Shown: in pieces, positions 18,331-26,467 of the stretch
Layout of the letters: each line of letters starts with the position of its first letter
Numbering within the stretch: the stretch's first letter is position 1
Source: Anaerolineae bacterium
Lineage (GTDB): Bacteria; Chloroflexota; Anaerolineae; Aggregatilineales; UBA3940
Direction of reading: 5' to 3'
NCBI GenBank assembly: GCA_016927375.1
Contig: JAFGMS010000157.1
Span: 1-44,499, forward strand
DNA length: 44,499 nucleotides
The notes under the pieces: generated by a model
What the model was told of the DNA's origin: nothing
The model's input: only the letters and a program-made list of their open reading frames with translations
Database searches by the model: none
Position numbers and translations under genes: made by a program

Positions 18331-18442
18331 AAAAACTTCTCGATCTTTTCAAAAAAACTTCTCGATCTTTTTCGAAAAACATTTCGATGTTTTTTCCAAC
18401 ACATCTCGATGTATCTACTTCAGGATATGCCCACAGCTCGAT
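18328..18442 (-). repeat. 22-nt phased tandem repeat array overlapping the DUF58 start codon
   Basis: On the minus strand, ATCGAG/ATCGAA-initiated units (e.g. ATCGAGAAGTTTTTTTGAAAAG). The + strand CGAT ends fall at 18344, 18366, 18388 and 18410 (exact 22-nt phase) and 18442 (32 nt). Confidence 0.85.
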
Positions 18443-18488
18443 GATTCCAATCAAAATCACCGGAGGCTGAATGAACTCCATCGGGATT

Positions 18489-18629
18489 TCAGGGCTCATC
18501 CTGGCGCTGCTTGCGAGTGATCAACCACACCACCAGCCCGCCTCCACCTACGACAGCAAGCAAGAACACACAGAGGATCACTGCAATGATAGCAAGCTCG
18601 TGTATCCCAAGGCTCATTGGTTCCATCAT
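18489..18629 (-). CDS. unannotated 46-aa single-pass membrane peptide
   Basis: Hand translation gives MMEPMSLGIHELAIIAVILCVFLLAVVGGGGLVVWLITRKQRQDEP. AGGAGAA lies directly upstream of the ATG and overlaps the MoxR TAG stop. Below the ORF-track length cut-off. Confidence 0.55.
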   Translation of the reverse strand: MMEPMSLGIHELAIIAVILCVFLLAVVGGGGLVVWLITRKQRQDEP

Positions 18630-18637
18630 ATTCTCCT

Positions 18638-19636
18638 CTAGGATGTAGTAACGCTCTTGAGCAGTTCCACGATCACATCGTCCGGCTTGACGCCCTCAGC
18701 CTGACCTTCGAAGTTCAGAAGCAGCCGGTGCCGCAGAGACGCCGGAGCGACTGCCTGAACATCCTCGAAAGCGACATTGTAGCGCCCATCGAGCAATGCA
18801 TTGACTTTGGCACCCAGGATCATGGCCTGAGCGCCGCGCGGGCTCGACCCATAACGCACATAGCGGCGCACCATCTCCGGCGCGCCATCCGACTCGGGAT
18901 GAGTGGCCACCACCAACCGGGCGACATATTCGTTGACGTGGGTGGCAATCGGCACCTTGCGTGCCAGCGCCCCCATCCTGATGATCTGCGATCCCTCGGC
19001 AGCCAGGCCAGCGCGCGCCTGTACGCCGCCGGTCGTGCGGGCCAAAATCTCGATCAGCTCGCTCGATGAGGGAAACAGCACGTCGATCTTGAACAAGAAA
19101 CGGTCGAGCTGGGCTTCCGGGAGCGGATAGGTTCCCTCCTGCTCAATGGGGTTCTGAGTTGCCAGCACAAAGAAGGGCTCTTCCAACTGATAGGTGCGGC
19201 CAAAGACCGTCACTGAATGCTCCTGCATGGCCTCCAGCAGCGCCGACTGCGTCTTGGGGATAGCGCGATTGATCTCATCGGCCAGGACCAGGTTGGCAAA
19301 GATCGGCCCGGGCAGGAAAGTCCGCACCTTGCTGCGGCCGTCCTCCGAATCCTCGAAAATATCCGTACCGGTGATGTCGGCAGGCATCAGGTCAGGCGTA
19401 AACTGGATGCGTGAAAAACGCAGGTTGAGCACATCAGCCAGCGTTTTGATCAGCATGGTCTTGCCGAGACCCGGCACACCTTCCAGGAGAGCATGTCCTC
19501 CGGCAATGATGCACACCAGCACGTGGCGGACAACTTCCTGCTGCCCGACAATCACCTGCCCAACCTGTTCCTCAATGGCCGCTGCCGTCTCGCGAAATTC
19601 GGCGGGCGAGATATCTTCCATCACCATATCTGACAT
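18638..19636 (-). CDS. MoxR-family AAA+ ATPase
   Basis: Walker A GVPGLGKT, Walker B LVLADEINRA, ...ATQNPIEQEGTYPLPEAQLDRF (MoxR signature). Start taken at MSDMVMED (19636) with GGAAGGA upstream; the tracked ORF extends to 19669. Confidence 0.92.
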   Translation of the reverse strand: MSDMVMEDISPAEFRETAAAIEEQVGQVIVGQQEVVRHVLVCIIAGGHALLEGVPGLGKTMLIKTLADVLNLRFSRIQFTPDLMPADITGTDIFEDSEDGRSKVRTFLPGPIFANLVLADEINRAIPKTQSALLEAMQEHSVTVFGRTYQLEEPFFVLATQNPIEQEGTYPLPEAQLDRFLFKIDVLFPSSSELIEILARTTGGVQARAGLAAEGSQIIRMGALARKVPIATHVNEYVARLVVATHPESDGAPEMVRRYVRYGSSPRGAQAMILGAKVNALLDGRYNVAFEDVQAVAPASLRHRLLLNFEGQAEGVKPDDVIVELLKSVTTS

Positions 19637-19659
19637 GATTATGTTTCCTTCCCAACATG

Positions 19660-19687
19660 GTAGGGGCACGATATATCGTGCCCCTAC
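19660..19687. repeat. 28-nt perfect palindrome (REP-like)
   Basis: GTAGGGGCACGATATATCGTGCCCCTAC is fully self-complementary. Lies between the stop of the 545-aa gene and the MoxR start. Confidence 0.9.
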
Positions 19688-19711
19688 GAGATCGCCATAA
19701 GTGTACCAAAA

Positions 19712-21349
19712 TCAGTTATTGGGGTCGAGGCTGCCGAAGTAGTTCCTGATCAAATCACGCAAGTCAAGCGGCACATAGCCACTATCGAGTGCCTGATTGA
19801 CCGCTCCGGCGTAATCGCTCCAGACCTCATTATATGGCCTGCTCGATTCGCCGGAGGGGTTGGTGGCAAGATCGCCCTCCACGCCTGTTGGCATACCCGC
19901 CTCCGGATCGCCGGGAACATCAACTTCCTCACCGCCTTCGCCGCCAACACGCTGCGGCGAGAAGATATCTTCATAGGGCCGCTCCCCACCATCGCCGGGG
20001 TCATTATCGGTGGACATTGGTTGGCCGGCCTGGCCGCCGGGACCTGCATCGCCGCCACCCTCACCACGTCCGGCACCACTATGGGAGGGCCCTTGGCCGC
20101 TTTGTCCTGCTCCGGGCTGTCCCCCCGGTGCCTGCCCCATCCCACCCTGTCCGGGCTGGTTGCCAGGGTTCTTGCCTGCCCTCGCCACAGCCGACTGGCT
20201 CTGGCCAACCTGATCGGCATACTGGTCGACCTGGGTGGTAGCCCGGCTGCCCGCCTGTGACATTGCTTCCCCGGCCTGATTAAGGGCCTGCCCGGCTGCC
20301 GCCGCATCGCCTGACTGGAGAGCCTGGGCAGCGTTTTCGAGTGATTGAGCCATTTGGGGATCGGACCCTTCGACTGCGCTAGCCGCCCCCTGAAGCGCCT
20401 CTGACAACTGCTGACGCTCCCCCGGTGTGAGCGCAGAGGGATCGATATTCTGGAGTGCCTCGCCGGCCCCCTGGAAATCACCTTCCGCCAACGCCTCGGC
20501 CACTTCCTGGGCAGGGGTGCCGTCAAACAGACTGCTGGCTTGTTGAAGTGCCTGCTGCTGTTCAGCAGCGAATTGCTCGCTCAAATCTCGCAGATCTTGC
20601 TGTGTCGCCTCGAGCGCTGCCAGAGCTTCTTCCTGGCTCACATCCTGCTGGCTAAGCGTCTCGATGGCCTCTTCCAGCTCCTCAACAATTGCCAGCTGCT
20701 GGTCCGGTGTCAGCGAGGGATCGGCAAGAGCCTGCTCCTGGAGATGTTCGAGCTCTTCAATAGTCTGGGCGATGGCCTGCTCAACCTCGGCCTGTTGGGC
20801 CAGAACCTGCTCCTGCGGATTGGGCAGGAAGATCGCCAGCGCAGATGCCAGGAGCATGACCAGGACGCTTCCCCACCAGATTGGTGCTCGCCGCTCGGGC
20901 CTCAGGGAGATGAACTGGGCAGGGTTAACGCCACGGGATACCTTGAGAGCCTGATCGATCTGTTGGCGAGCCAATGTCTCCGATTCGAGCGGCAGGACAC
21001 CATGGCCCAGCTCTAAAGCCGTCGAGATGCGTTCCTTGAGCCCAAAAAGCACATCGAATCGGCGGGCGAGCTGGAAGGGTGTCCGCTTCCACAGCCATAC
21101 GCCCAGTTGCGCCCCGATTACACTCAGGGTTATCAACAGCACCCCGATCAGGATCACTTCGCGGCGAGGCACGATTGGCCACAAGCGCGCTGCCAATGCC
21201 AGGGCAAAAGTGAGGATCAACCCGATCAACAGCCCCTTCGGCAGCCAGCCCACACTCTGCTGCAACCGCAGACGCACATCCCATCTTCGCAGCACACCTT
21301 GCAAGCGTTTAATTTCAGAGGATCGAACAACAGTGGTTTGAATGGCCAT
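19712..21349 (-). CDS. membrane-anchored low-complexity/coiled-coil protein (DUF4175-like placement)
   Basis: Two N-terminal TM helices, a third TM near aa 160, a long Q/A/E-rich helical region, a G/P/Q-rich tract, and a conserved-looking C-terminus YVPLDLRDLIRNYFGSL. Stop lies 2 nt before... the upstream permease gene ends 2 nt before its start. Confidence 0.6.
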   Translation of the reverse strand: MAIQTTVVRSSEIKRLQGVLRRWDVRLRLQQSVGWLPKGLLIGLILTFALALAARLWPIVPRREVILIGVLLITLSVIGAQLGVWLWKRTPFQLARRFDVLFGLKERISTALELGHGVLPLESETLARQQIDQALKVSRGVNPAQFISLRPERRAPIWWGSVLVMLLASALAIFLPNPQEQVLAQQAEVEQAIAQTIEELEHLQEQALADPSLTPDQQLAIVEELEEAIETLSQQDVSQEEALAALEATQQDLRDLSEQFAAEQQQALQQASSLFDGTPAQEVAEALAEGDFQGAGEALQNIDPSALTPGERQQLSEALQGAASAVEGSDPQMAQSLENAAQALQSGDAAAAGQALNQAGEAMSQAGSRATTQVDQYADQVGQSQSAVARAGKNPGNQPGQGGMGQAPGGQPGAGQSGQGPSHSGAGRGEGGGDAGPGGQAGQPMSTDNDPGDGGERPYEDIFSPQRVGGEGGEEVDVPGDPEAGMPTGVEGDLATNPSGESSRPYNEVWSDYAGAVNQALDSGYVPLDLRDLIRNYFGSLDPNN

Positions 21350-21351
21350 CT

Positions 21352-22290
21352 CTACACATCTACCTGGCGCACGCGGCGCACACTCAGCAAAACGAGAACC
21401 AACGTCCCAACTCCATACACCAGAGTATACACGATCCAGGGTGAAGGCAGCGGAATATTGAGCCCATTTGAGAATGTCTGGGTGAAAACGAAGGCTGTAC
21501 CATGCTGTTGGAGGACCACCTCCGTCAAGATAGCGGTGGCTATAGGATTGGTGCAGGCCAGCAAGGCGAAAATCAGGAATATCAATATCTCCAACACCGG
21601 TTGGCTGGAAGCGGTAAACATCCAGATGGAGGTCAATGACAAGACAACCAGTGCCGCCAGCGGCAGCACCACCGTGATGAGCAGCGCAAAAACATAGGTC
21701 AGGATGCTGGCGCTCAATGTACGCCGGGTAGTAGTCGAGAAAAAGATGCCGACAGCACCATAACCAATAGCCGTAACTACCAGTAGCTCAACAGAGAGCA
21801 GCACTTCGGCTATCGTCACCCCTCCCATCAAGAAGGCAAGGCTCTGCAGCGGCACCGCAACGAAAAGCAAGAGCACGATGTAGGCCATCGCCGAGGTTAG
21901 CTTACCAAAAACCAAACGCTGGGCAGAGAGCAGTGTGGTACGAAGCAGATAGTAAGTTTGGTGCTCGCGCTCCCCACTAATTGCACCCGCAGTGAAGGCT
22001 GGAGCGATGAAGCAAACCAAGAACAGCTCAACAGCCAGCACACCTCCGAAGATTAACTGACCGATCGCGCTACCGGTGGTGCTGAGTGTCACAGTCGATG
22101 AAGCCGTGTAAATCATGTACAGCAGCACGGTAAACAGGCTCATCAGCCCAACATAGATGGTCAGCATCACGAAGGCGCGTGCACCGCGCATACGTCCACG
22201 CAGCTCCTTGAGCACAATCGGATTACGCCGCAGCCAGGCCCCCCAAATAGAGGGCGGCTGGGTGGGAAAGTCGGGGGTCGTAGTATTCAT
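21352..22290 (-). CDS. ABC-2-type transporter permease
   Basis: N-terminal NPIVLKELRGRMRGARAF box followed by 6 or more TM helices, typical of ABC-2/NosY-like permeases. Located in a cluster with an ABC ATPase. Confidence 0.7.
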   Translation of the reverse strand: MNTTTPDFPTQPPSIWGAWLRRNPIVLKELRGRMRGARAFVMLTIYVGLMSLFTVLLYMIYTASSTVTLSTTGSAIGQLIFGGVLAVELFLVCFIAPAFTAGAISGEREHQTYYLLRTTLLSAQRLVFGKLTSAMAYIVLLLFVAVPLQSLAFLMGGVTIAEVLLSVELLVVTAIGYGAVGIFFSTTTRRTLSASILTYVFALLITVVLPLAALVVLSLTSIWMFTASSQPVLEILIFLIFALLACTNPIATAILTEVVLQQHGTAFVFTQTFSNGLNIPLPSPWIVYTLVYGVGTLVLVLLSVRRVRQVDV

Positions 22291-22555
22291 AAGAATTCCG
22301 GCGGCAGAAAAATATACTCTTGTATATAAACAAAGCCGCCGCTCCTTTCATGTTGAGGAACATGCAACACGAGATACCAGGAAATCGATAACATGATCAC
22401 GGATTTCTCAATGACAGACATAAAGATGCTCAATCTCTTCCACAAAAGAAGAATCCTTGGAGGAGACTATGCCGTGGAGCATCAGTCTGCCAGTATTCAT
22501 TTGACACAATCTAATCATAAGCGCTTAATCACTGGTATTACAGCGCGATGTAGGA

Positions 22556-24076
22556 TTAGTCTCCTGCAGCCAGAATAGTGTCTACTTGATAGTATTCGGC
22601 CATACATTCGTTGACCCAATGATAGGATGTATCTGACTCGCTCGTCATTGTATTTAGGTCGAGCAAAGAGTACATATCAACTGGTATCGGGGGAATTACA
22701 ACATCTCTATTCCCGGACATCCGCTCTGAAAGGATGACACTCTGTCCTCTATCCCATGCTTCTGCAAACGTTCGAAATGTCACCATTCTATCTAGCGAGA
22801 CTAGGCTGTCATAGATTGGCACAATCAACGCAACCAGTCCAAGAAACGGGAGAACTACTTTCCAGGCTCGACGTGTGACAAGCGACACATGTGTCAGGGA
22901 CATAGCTGCAAGTATTCCCCACGTTACCATCATCATCACTAAAACAGTCGTGGGCACCAGCAACGCTCGATAAGGCGGATAAAACGACATAAAGTAGAAG
23001 CTTGGAAACTTGACTGCCCAAATCAACACCAACCCCATAGCACCCGTCACCGCGAAACCTCTCATGATGTTTCGAGGAGCAAGCAAACCCTGAGACGGCA
23101 GGTTAACATGAACGACGAGAGATGTAAGCGCAAAGAGACCAGGTAAAGCAAAAACGGCCAGACGACTATACCCAAATGGGATAAATGCCAGGGAATCGAT
23201 AATTCTCTCGTAGATTGAGACATCCTGAGGAAAAGCGGATAATCTTACCGAATTACCTGGTGACATTCTCTGAACGAAAAGTGCAACAATCGAACTAAAG
23301 AACCCCGCTATCAGTAGAAAAATGAGAGTTCGTCGCTGATGAACCGATGGTAGAGCTATCAGTACCAGCAAAGCTATACCCAATGTCATGACTTGAAAAA
23401 CAACGTACGTCTCAGCGAATCCTCCAAGGAAAAAGTTAATGATCATACTAGAGGCGACCACAAGCACCGGCGCAGAGCCAGAAAAACCACGTCTATAGGC
23501 AAAAAGAACACTGCCAATCCATAAAGTAAAAACAATCATAGGAAATACGTAATTGGCTAGACTGCCTATCCAATATAGTGATTGAATTCTGTTAGGTGAT
23601 GCCGCGAATATACAGTAAGTGACAACAACTCCAATAGAGACGGCAGCCAATAGTGGATTCTCTAGTCGAGACATGAAAGCCAGCTGATAAAGCACCCACA
23701 CAATCGCTAGGAGCCATAGTGTGAATGCAACACAGACCAAGATCCAGATCGATGAATATTCAATCTGTGCTGCCAAACCATATATAAACGTCGCAGAATA
23801 CCGTCCTCCCCAACTCTGATATTGAACTAGAACATTGCTTAGCAAACCATTAGTGCGAGCTGAACTGGCAAAACAGAAATCGTCAGCTACAAAGCGCATA
23901 TACTGACTGTTATAGCCCCAAACCAAGAACGCAGGCGCGAAACACAAGATAATGACCCCCATCACTACCAGGCTCTGTGTACGAGAGTTCGCCAGACTTG
24001 GTAACCACTTCGCGCAACACATATTAGCTTGGCCACCCGCATTCTGTTTTTCGTTCCCATCTATCATCCGGAACAT
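22556..24076 (-). CDS. polytopic membrane protein, GT-C-like glycosyltransferase candidate, in a low-GC island
   Basis: About 12 predicted TM helices. An acidic motif RFVADDF sits just after TM1 (GT-C proteins carry a DxD/DDx there). The start is more likely the ATG at 24067, 9 nt after AGGAG. Confidence 0.55.
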   Translation of the reverse strand: MFRMIDGNEKQNAGGQANMCCAKWLPSLANSRTQSLVVMGVIILCFAPAFLVWGYNSQYMRFVADDFCFASSARTNGLLSNVLVQYQSWGGRYSATFIYGLAAQIEYSSIWILVCVAFTLWLLAIVWVLYQLAFMSRLENPLLAAVSIGVVVTYCIFAASPNRIQSLYWIGSLANYVFPMIVFTLWIGSVLFAYRRGFSGSAPVLVVASSMIINFFLGGFAETYVVFQVMTLGIALLVLIALPSVHQRRTLIFLLIAGFFSSIVALFVQRMSPGNSVRLSAFPQDVSIYERIIDSLAFIPFGYSRLAVFALPGLFALTSLVVHVNLPSQGLLAPRNIMRGFAVTGAMGLVLIWAVKFPSFYFMSFYPPYRALLVPTTVLVMMMVTWGILAAMSLTHVSLVTRRAWKVVLPFLGLVALIVPIYDSLVSLDRMVTFRTFAEAWDRGQSVILSERMSGNRDVVIPPIPVDMYSLLDLNTMTSESDTSYHWVNECMAEYYQVDTILAAGD

Positions 24077-24129
24077 CTCCTAGTGCTGCTCCAGAATTCA
24101 AGGAGACAGAACATCAAAACGAGACAAAC

Positions 24130-25071
24130 CTAGCGTCTGCCCAAACGCAAAGATTTTAGTATCTCTTCATTCTGCTGGTTCACCCATGCCACCGCCCCGC
24201 TGATTCCTACCAACAAACCAACCACCAGAAACAACCGCACAATCTCTAAACCACCCGCCAACAGCGGCATCCGGGTTAACCCATCCCAAACGAGCAAAGA
24301 CAAACTGATTAAAAATACTGCACCGATCAACCCTACAAGTGGGCTAAGGCCGGCATCATGTAACTGAAACGCCGATGTTACTCCAAGCGAGGCCAGCAAA
24401 GGCAGCATCACCCAAGGCATCAATCCGGCACTCAGTGCACGAATCACCAACCGGAAGTAAGGGATGTGACCGTCGGCCGGCAGCCAATTTGAGATGCTGG
24501 CAGGTGTGGCCTCGCCCAGTGCCTGCACTGACTCTTGCCACACGCCGAAGTTGGCTACATCCAGCCGAAGCAAACCGATTATCAAAGCCGGGGTCATTGC
24601 CAGCCCAATGATAATCAACCAACGCAAGCGCCATAGTGTCACCAATGTGAAACCCCAAACAGCTAAACGGGGCTCTAGATCGGTCAGGCGGTGGGGGTTT
24701 TGCCTGGAAAAACGCATCTGCCGTGCCACCCGATCTGCACTGAGGACAGGTGCAGCCAACCCGATAGCCAACACAATTCCCAGACTCGCGTCAAACAGAA
24801 AAGCTCCCAACAGTCCCCAGTTCACTACCCATGCCAGAATAGAGAGTAAGGTAACTCCAATCGCCGAGATAGCAACCCAGTGTCCCATCCCTGCGTCAGG
24901 CATAGGTCTTTCACGCCGGGCATGACTCAACAATGGATTTCCCCACCAGCGTCGTACCGGTGAGGCTAATCTGACCGTCCCGGCCAGCCAAATCGGCCGG
25001 ATTGAACCTTTCACGAAGCGCTCAATCTTGTCAAGGCTCAGCTGATATCCATCATTGCTCACGGTAGCCAC
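24130..25071 (-). CDS. polytopic membrane protein, possible second (divergent) ABC-2-like permease
   Basis: 313 aa. The N-terminal WWGNPLLSHARRER resembles the NPIVLKELRGR box of the 312-aa permease and is followed by multiple TM helices. GTG start. Confidence 0.45.
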   Translation of the reverse strand: MATVSNDGYQLSLDKIERFVKGSIRPIWLAGTVRLASPVRRWWGNPLLSHARRERPMPDAGMGHWVAISAIGVTLLSILAWVVNWGLLGAFLFDASLGIVLAIGLAAPVLSADRVARQMRFSRQNPHRLTDLEPRLAVWGFTLVTLWRLRWLIIIGLAMTPALIIGLLRLDVANFGVWQESVQALGEATPASISNWLPADGHIPYFRLVIRALSAGLMPWVMLPLLASLGVTSAFQLHDAGLSPLVGLIGAVFLISLSLLVWDGLTRMPLLAGGLEIVRLFLVVGLLVGISGAVAWVNQQNEEILKSLRLGRR

Positions 25072-25213
25072 CTGAAATTATTGCCCAACAAAAGTCAAAA
25101 GGTAGGGTAAACCCCCATATACAAGGTAGGCAACTTTCCTTATAGTATAGGCAGGTTAACGGTGATAGGCTCACCTCGGCCCCACCTGAAATGACCTTCT
25201 CCTCCTTGGTGCT

Positions 25214-25253
25214 AGTGCCGTCCTTGGCAGAGGGACGGCACTACAATCTTTTT
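25214..25253 (+). terminator. 10-bp GC-rich hairpin followed by a T-run, in + orientation only
   Basis: AGTGCCGTCC (25214-25223) pairs with GGACGGCACT (25233-25242), followed by ACAATCTTTTT. No + strand gene lies upstream, so its role is unclear. Confidence 0.3.
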
Positions 25254-25282
25254 CAGCCTCCGGCAAATAGCACCAGTTAACT

Positions 25283-25398
25283 CTAGTAAAGTTGGGCATA
25301 AGCTCATCGCCAGCTTAAGGCAATCTTCCCAACTGTATAAAGTGCTTTGCGCTGCACTTCTCAACTGGATACAGATTTCCGCCGCAAAGTACTACTAG
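25283..25398 (+). repeat. CTAG-bounded two-hairpin element, copy b
   Basis: Starts CTAGTAAAGTTGGGC and ends GCAAAGTACTACTAG. Stem 2 is AGTGCTTTGCG (25341-25351) / CGCAAAGTACT (25383-25393). Confidence 0.85.
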
Positions 25399-26345
25399 GA
25401 CACAATACCCTTAGTAGCCCGCATAAAGACCGACTCCAGGTCGCGTGTCTCCTCAGTAAAATGCATCACAGGTACGCCAGCGTTTACCAATGTTGCCAAT
25501 AGCCCACTGACTGCCTGATCATCCCCGAGAAGGCTGACATGTAGCTTGCTGCGACCATTCTCCGGCTTAAGCTCATCTACCGCTTCAATCCCCGTGGCAG
25601 AGAGCAGCACTTGTTGGGCCTGCTCGATATCACCAAGCAACGTAATGATGATCTCCCGATGAGGGACAAGCTTGCGCTGCATCTCCTCAAGACCACCCTC
25701 CATGACCAGCTCACCCGCCTCGATGATGCCCACCTGTGTGCAAATCTCCGCTACATCGGCCAAAATATGCGTCGAAAAGAAGACTGTTTTCCCCATATTC
25801 GCCAACTCAACTAGTAGTTGACGAATCTCAACACGGGCACGCGGGTCAAGGCCAGAGGCCGGCTCGTCGAGAATAAGCACCTGTGGGTCATGTGCCAGGG
25901 TACGCGCCAGGCAGAGGCGCTGCTTCATGCCCCGTGAGAGGCTATCCACCATGTCATCGGCACGGTGCGTCAAATCAACCAACTCCAGCAGGTCACGAAT
26001 CAACGCTGGGCGGTCTGCCTCTGGAATATCGTAGCAGGCAGCAAAGAAGTCTAAGTATTCCCAGACCTTCATGTCATCATACACGCCGAAGAAATCAGGC
26101 ATGTAGCCGATCATACGGCGTACGTCACGCGGCTGTCTGGTGACCGAATAGCCGGCCACCCAAGCCTCACCCGCCGTCGGTGCAAGCAATGTGGTCAGAA
26201 TATGCATAGTGGTCGTCTTGCCGGCACCATTCGGCCCGACAAAACCATAAATCGCCCCTTCTTCAACCTGAAGGGTCAGATCCTTGACCGCCACCACCTT
26301 CTTAAACCGCTTGGTAAGGCCTTTGATCTCAATAATAGCTGCCAT
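25395..26345 (-). CDS. ABC transporter ATP-binding protein
   Basis: Walker A GPNGAGKTT, signature LSRGMKQRL, Walker B VLILDEPASGLD, H-loop STHIL, plus a C-terminal accessory domain. Confidence 0.92.
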   Translation of the reverse strand: MAAIIEIKGLTKRFKKVVAVKDLTLQVEEGAIYGFVGPNGAGKTTTMHILTTLLAPTAGEAWVAGYSVTRQPRDVRRMIGYMPDFFGVYDDMKVWEYLDFFAACYDIPEADRPALIRDLLELVDLTHRADDMVDSLSRGMKQRLCLARTLAHDPQVLILDEPASGLDPRARVEIRQLLVELANMGKTVFFSTHILADVAEICTQVGIIEAGELVMEGGLEEMQRKLVPHREIIITLLGDIEQAQQVLLSATGIEAVDELKPENGRSKLHVSLLGDDQAVSGLLATLVNAGVPVMHFTEETRDLESVFMRATKGIVS

Positions 26346-26467
26346 TTACCACTCCCACGTAGGATCACATATACCAGCAATTCGGGCTGTCCACATTCAG
26401 CAATCAGCTTATGCCATGGGCATTGACGCATGGGCTACAGAAACAAGAAAGTATCGCATAGTCTCAT

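Noticed and set aside
18328-18442. Possible CRISPR array
   Set aside because: The units are contiguous 22-mers with no unique spacers, there are only 4-5 units, no cas genes are present, and the last unit overlaps a start codon.
18284-18499. 71-aa ORF covering the MoxR-DUF58 spacer
   Set aside because: It reads through the 22-nt tandem repeats. Their period is not a multiple of 3, so identical DNA units give different peptides. It also overlaps the DUF58 start. I treat it as non-coding repeat DNA.
19750-20526. 258-aa alternative-frame ORF and several + strand ORFs inside the 545-aa gene
   Set aside because: They are products of the repetitive GC-rich low-complexity region. The full-length frame, with N-terminal TM helices, tight coupling to the permease gene and a conserved-looking C-terminus, explains the region.
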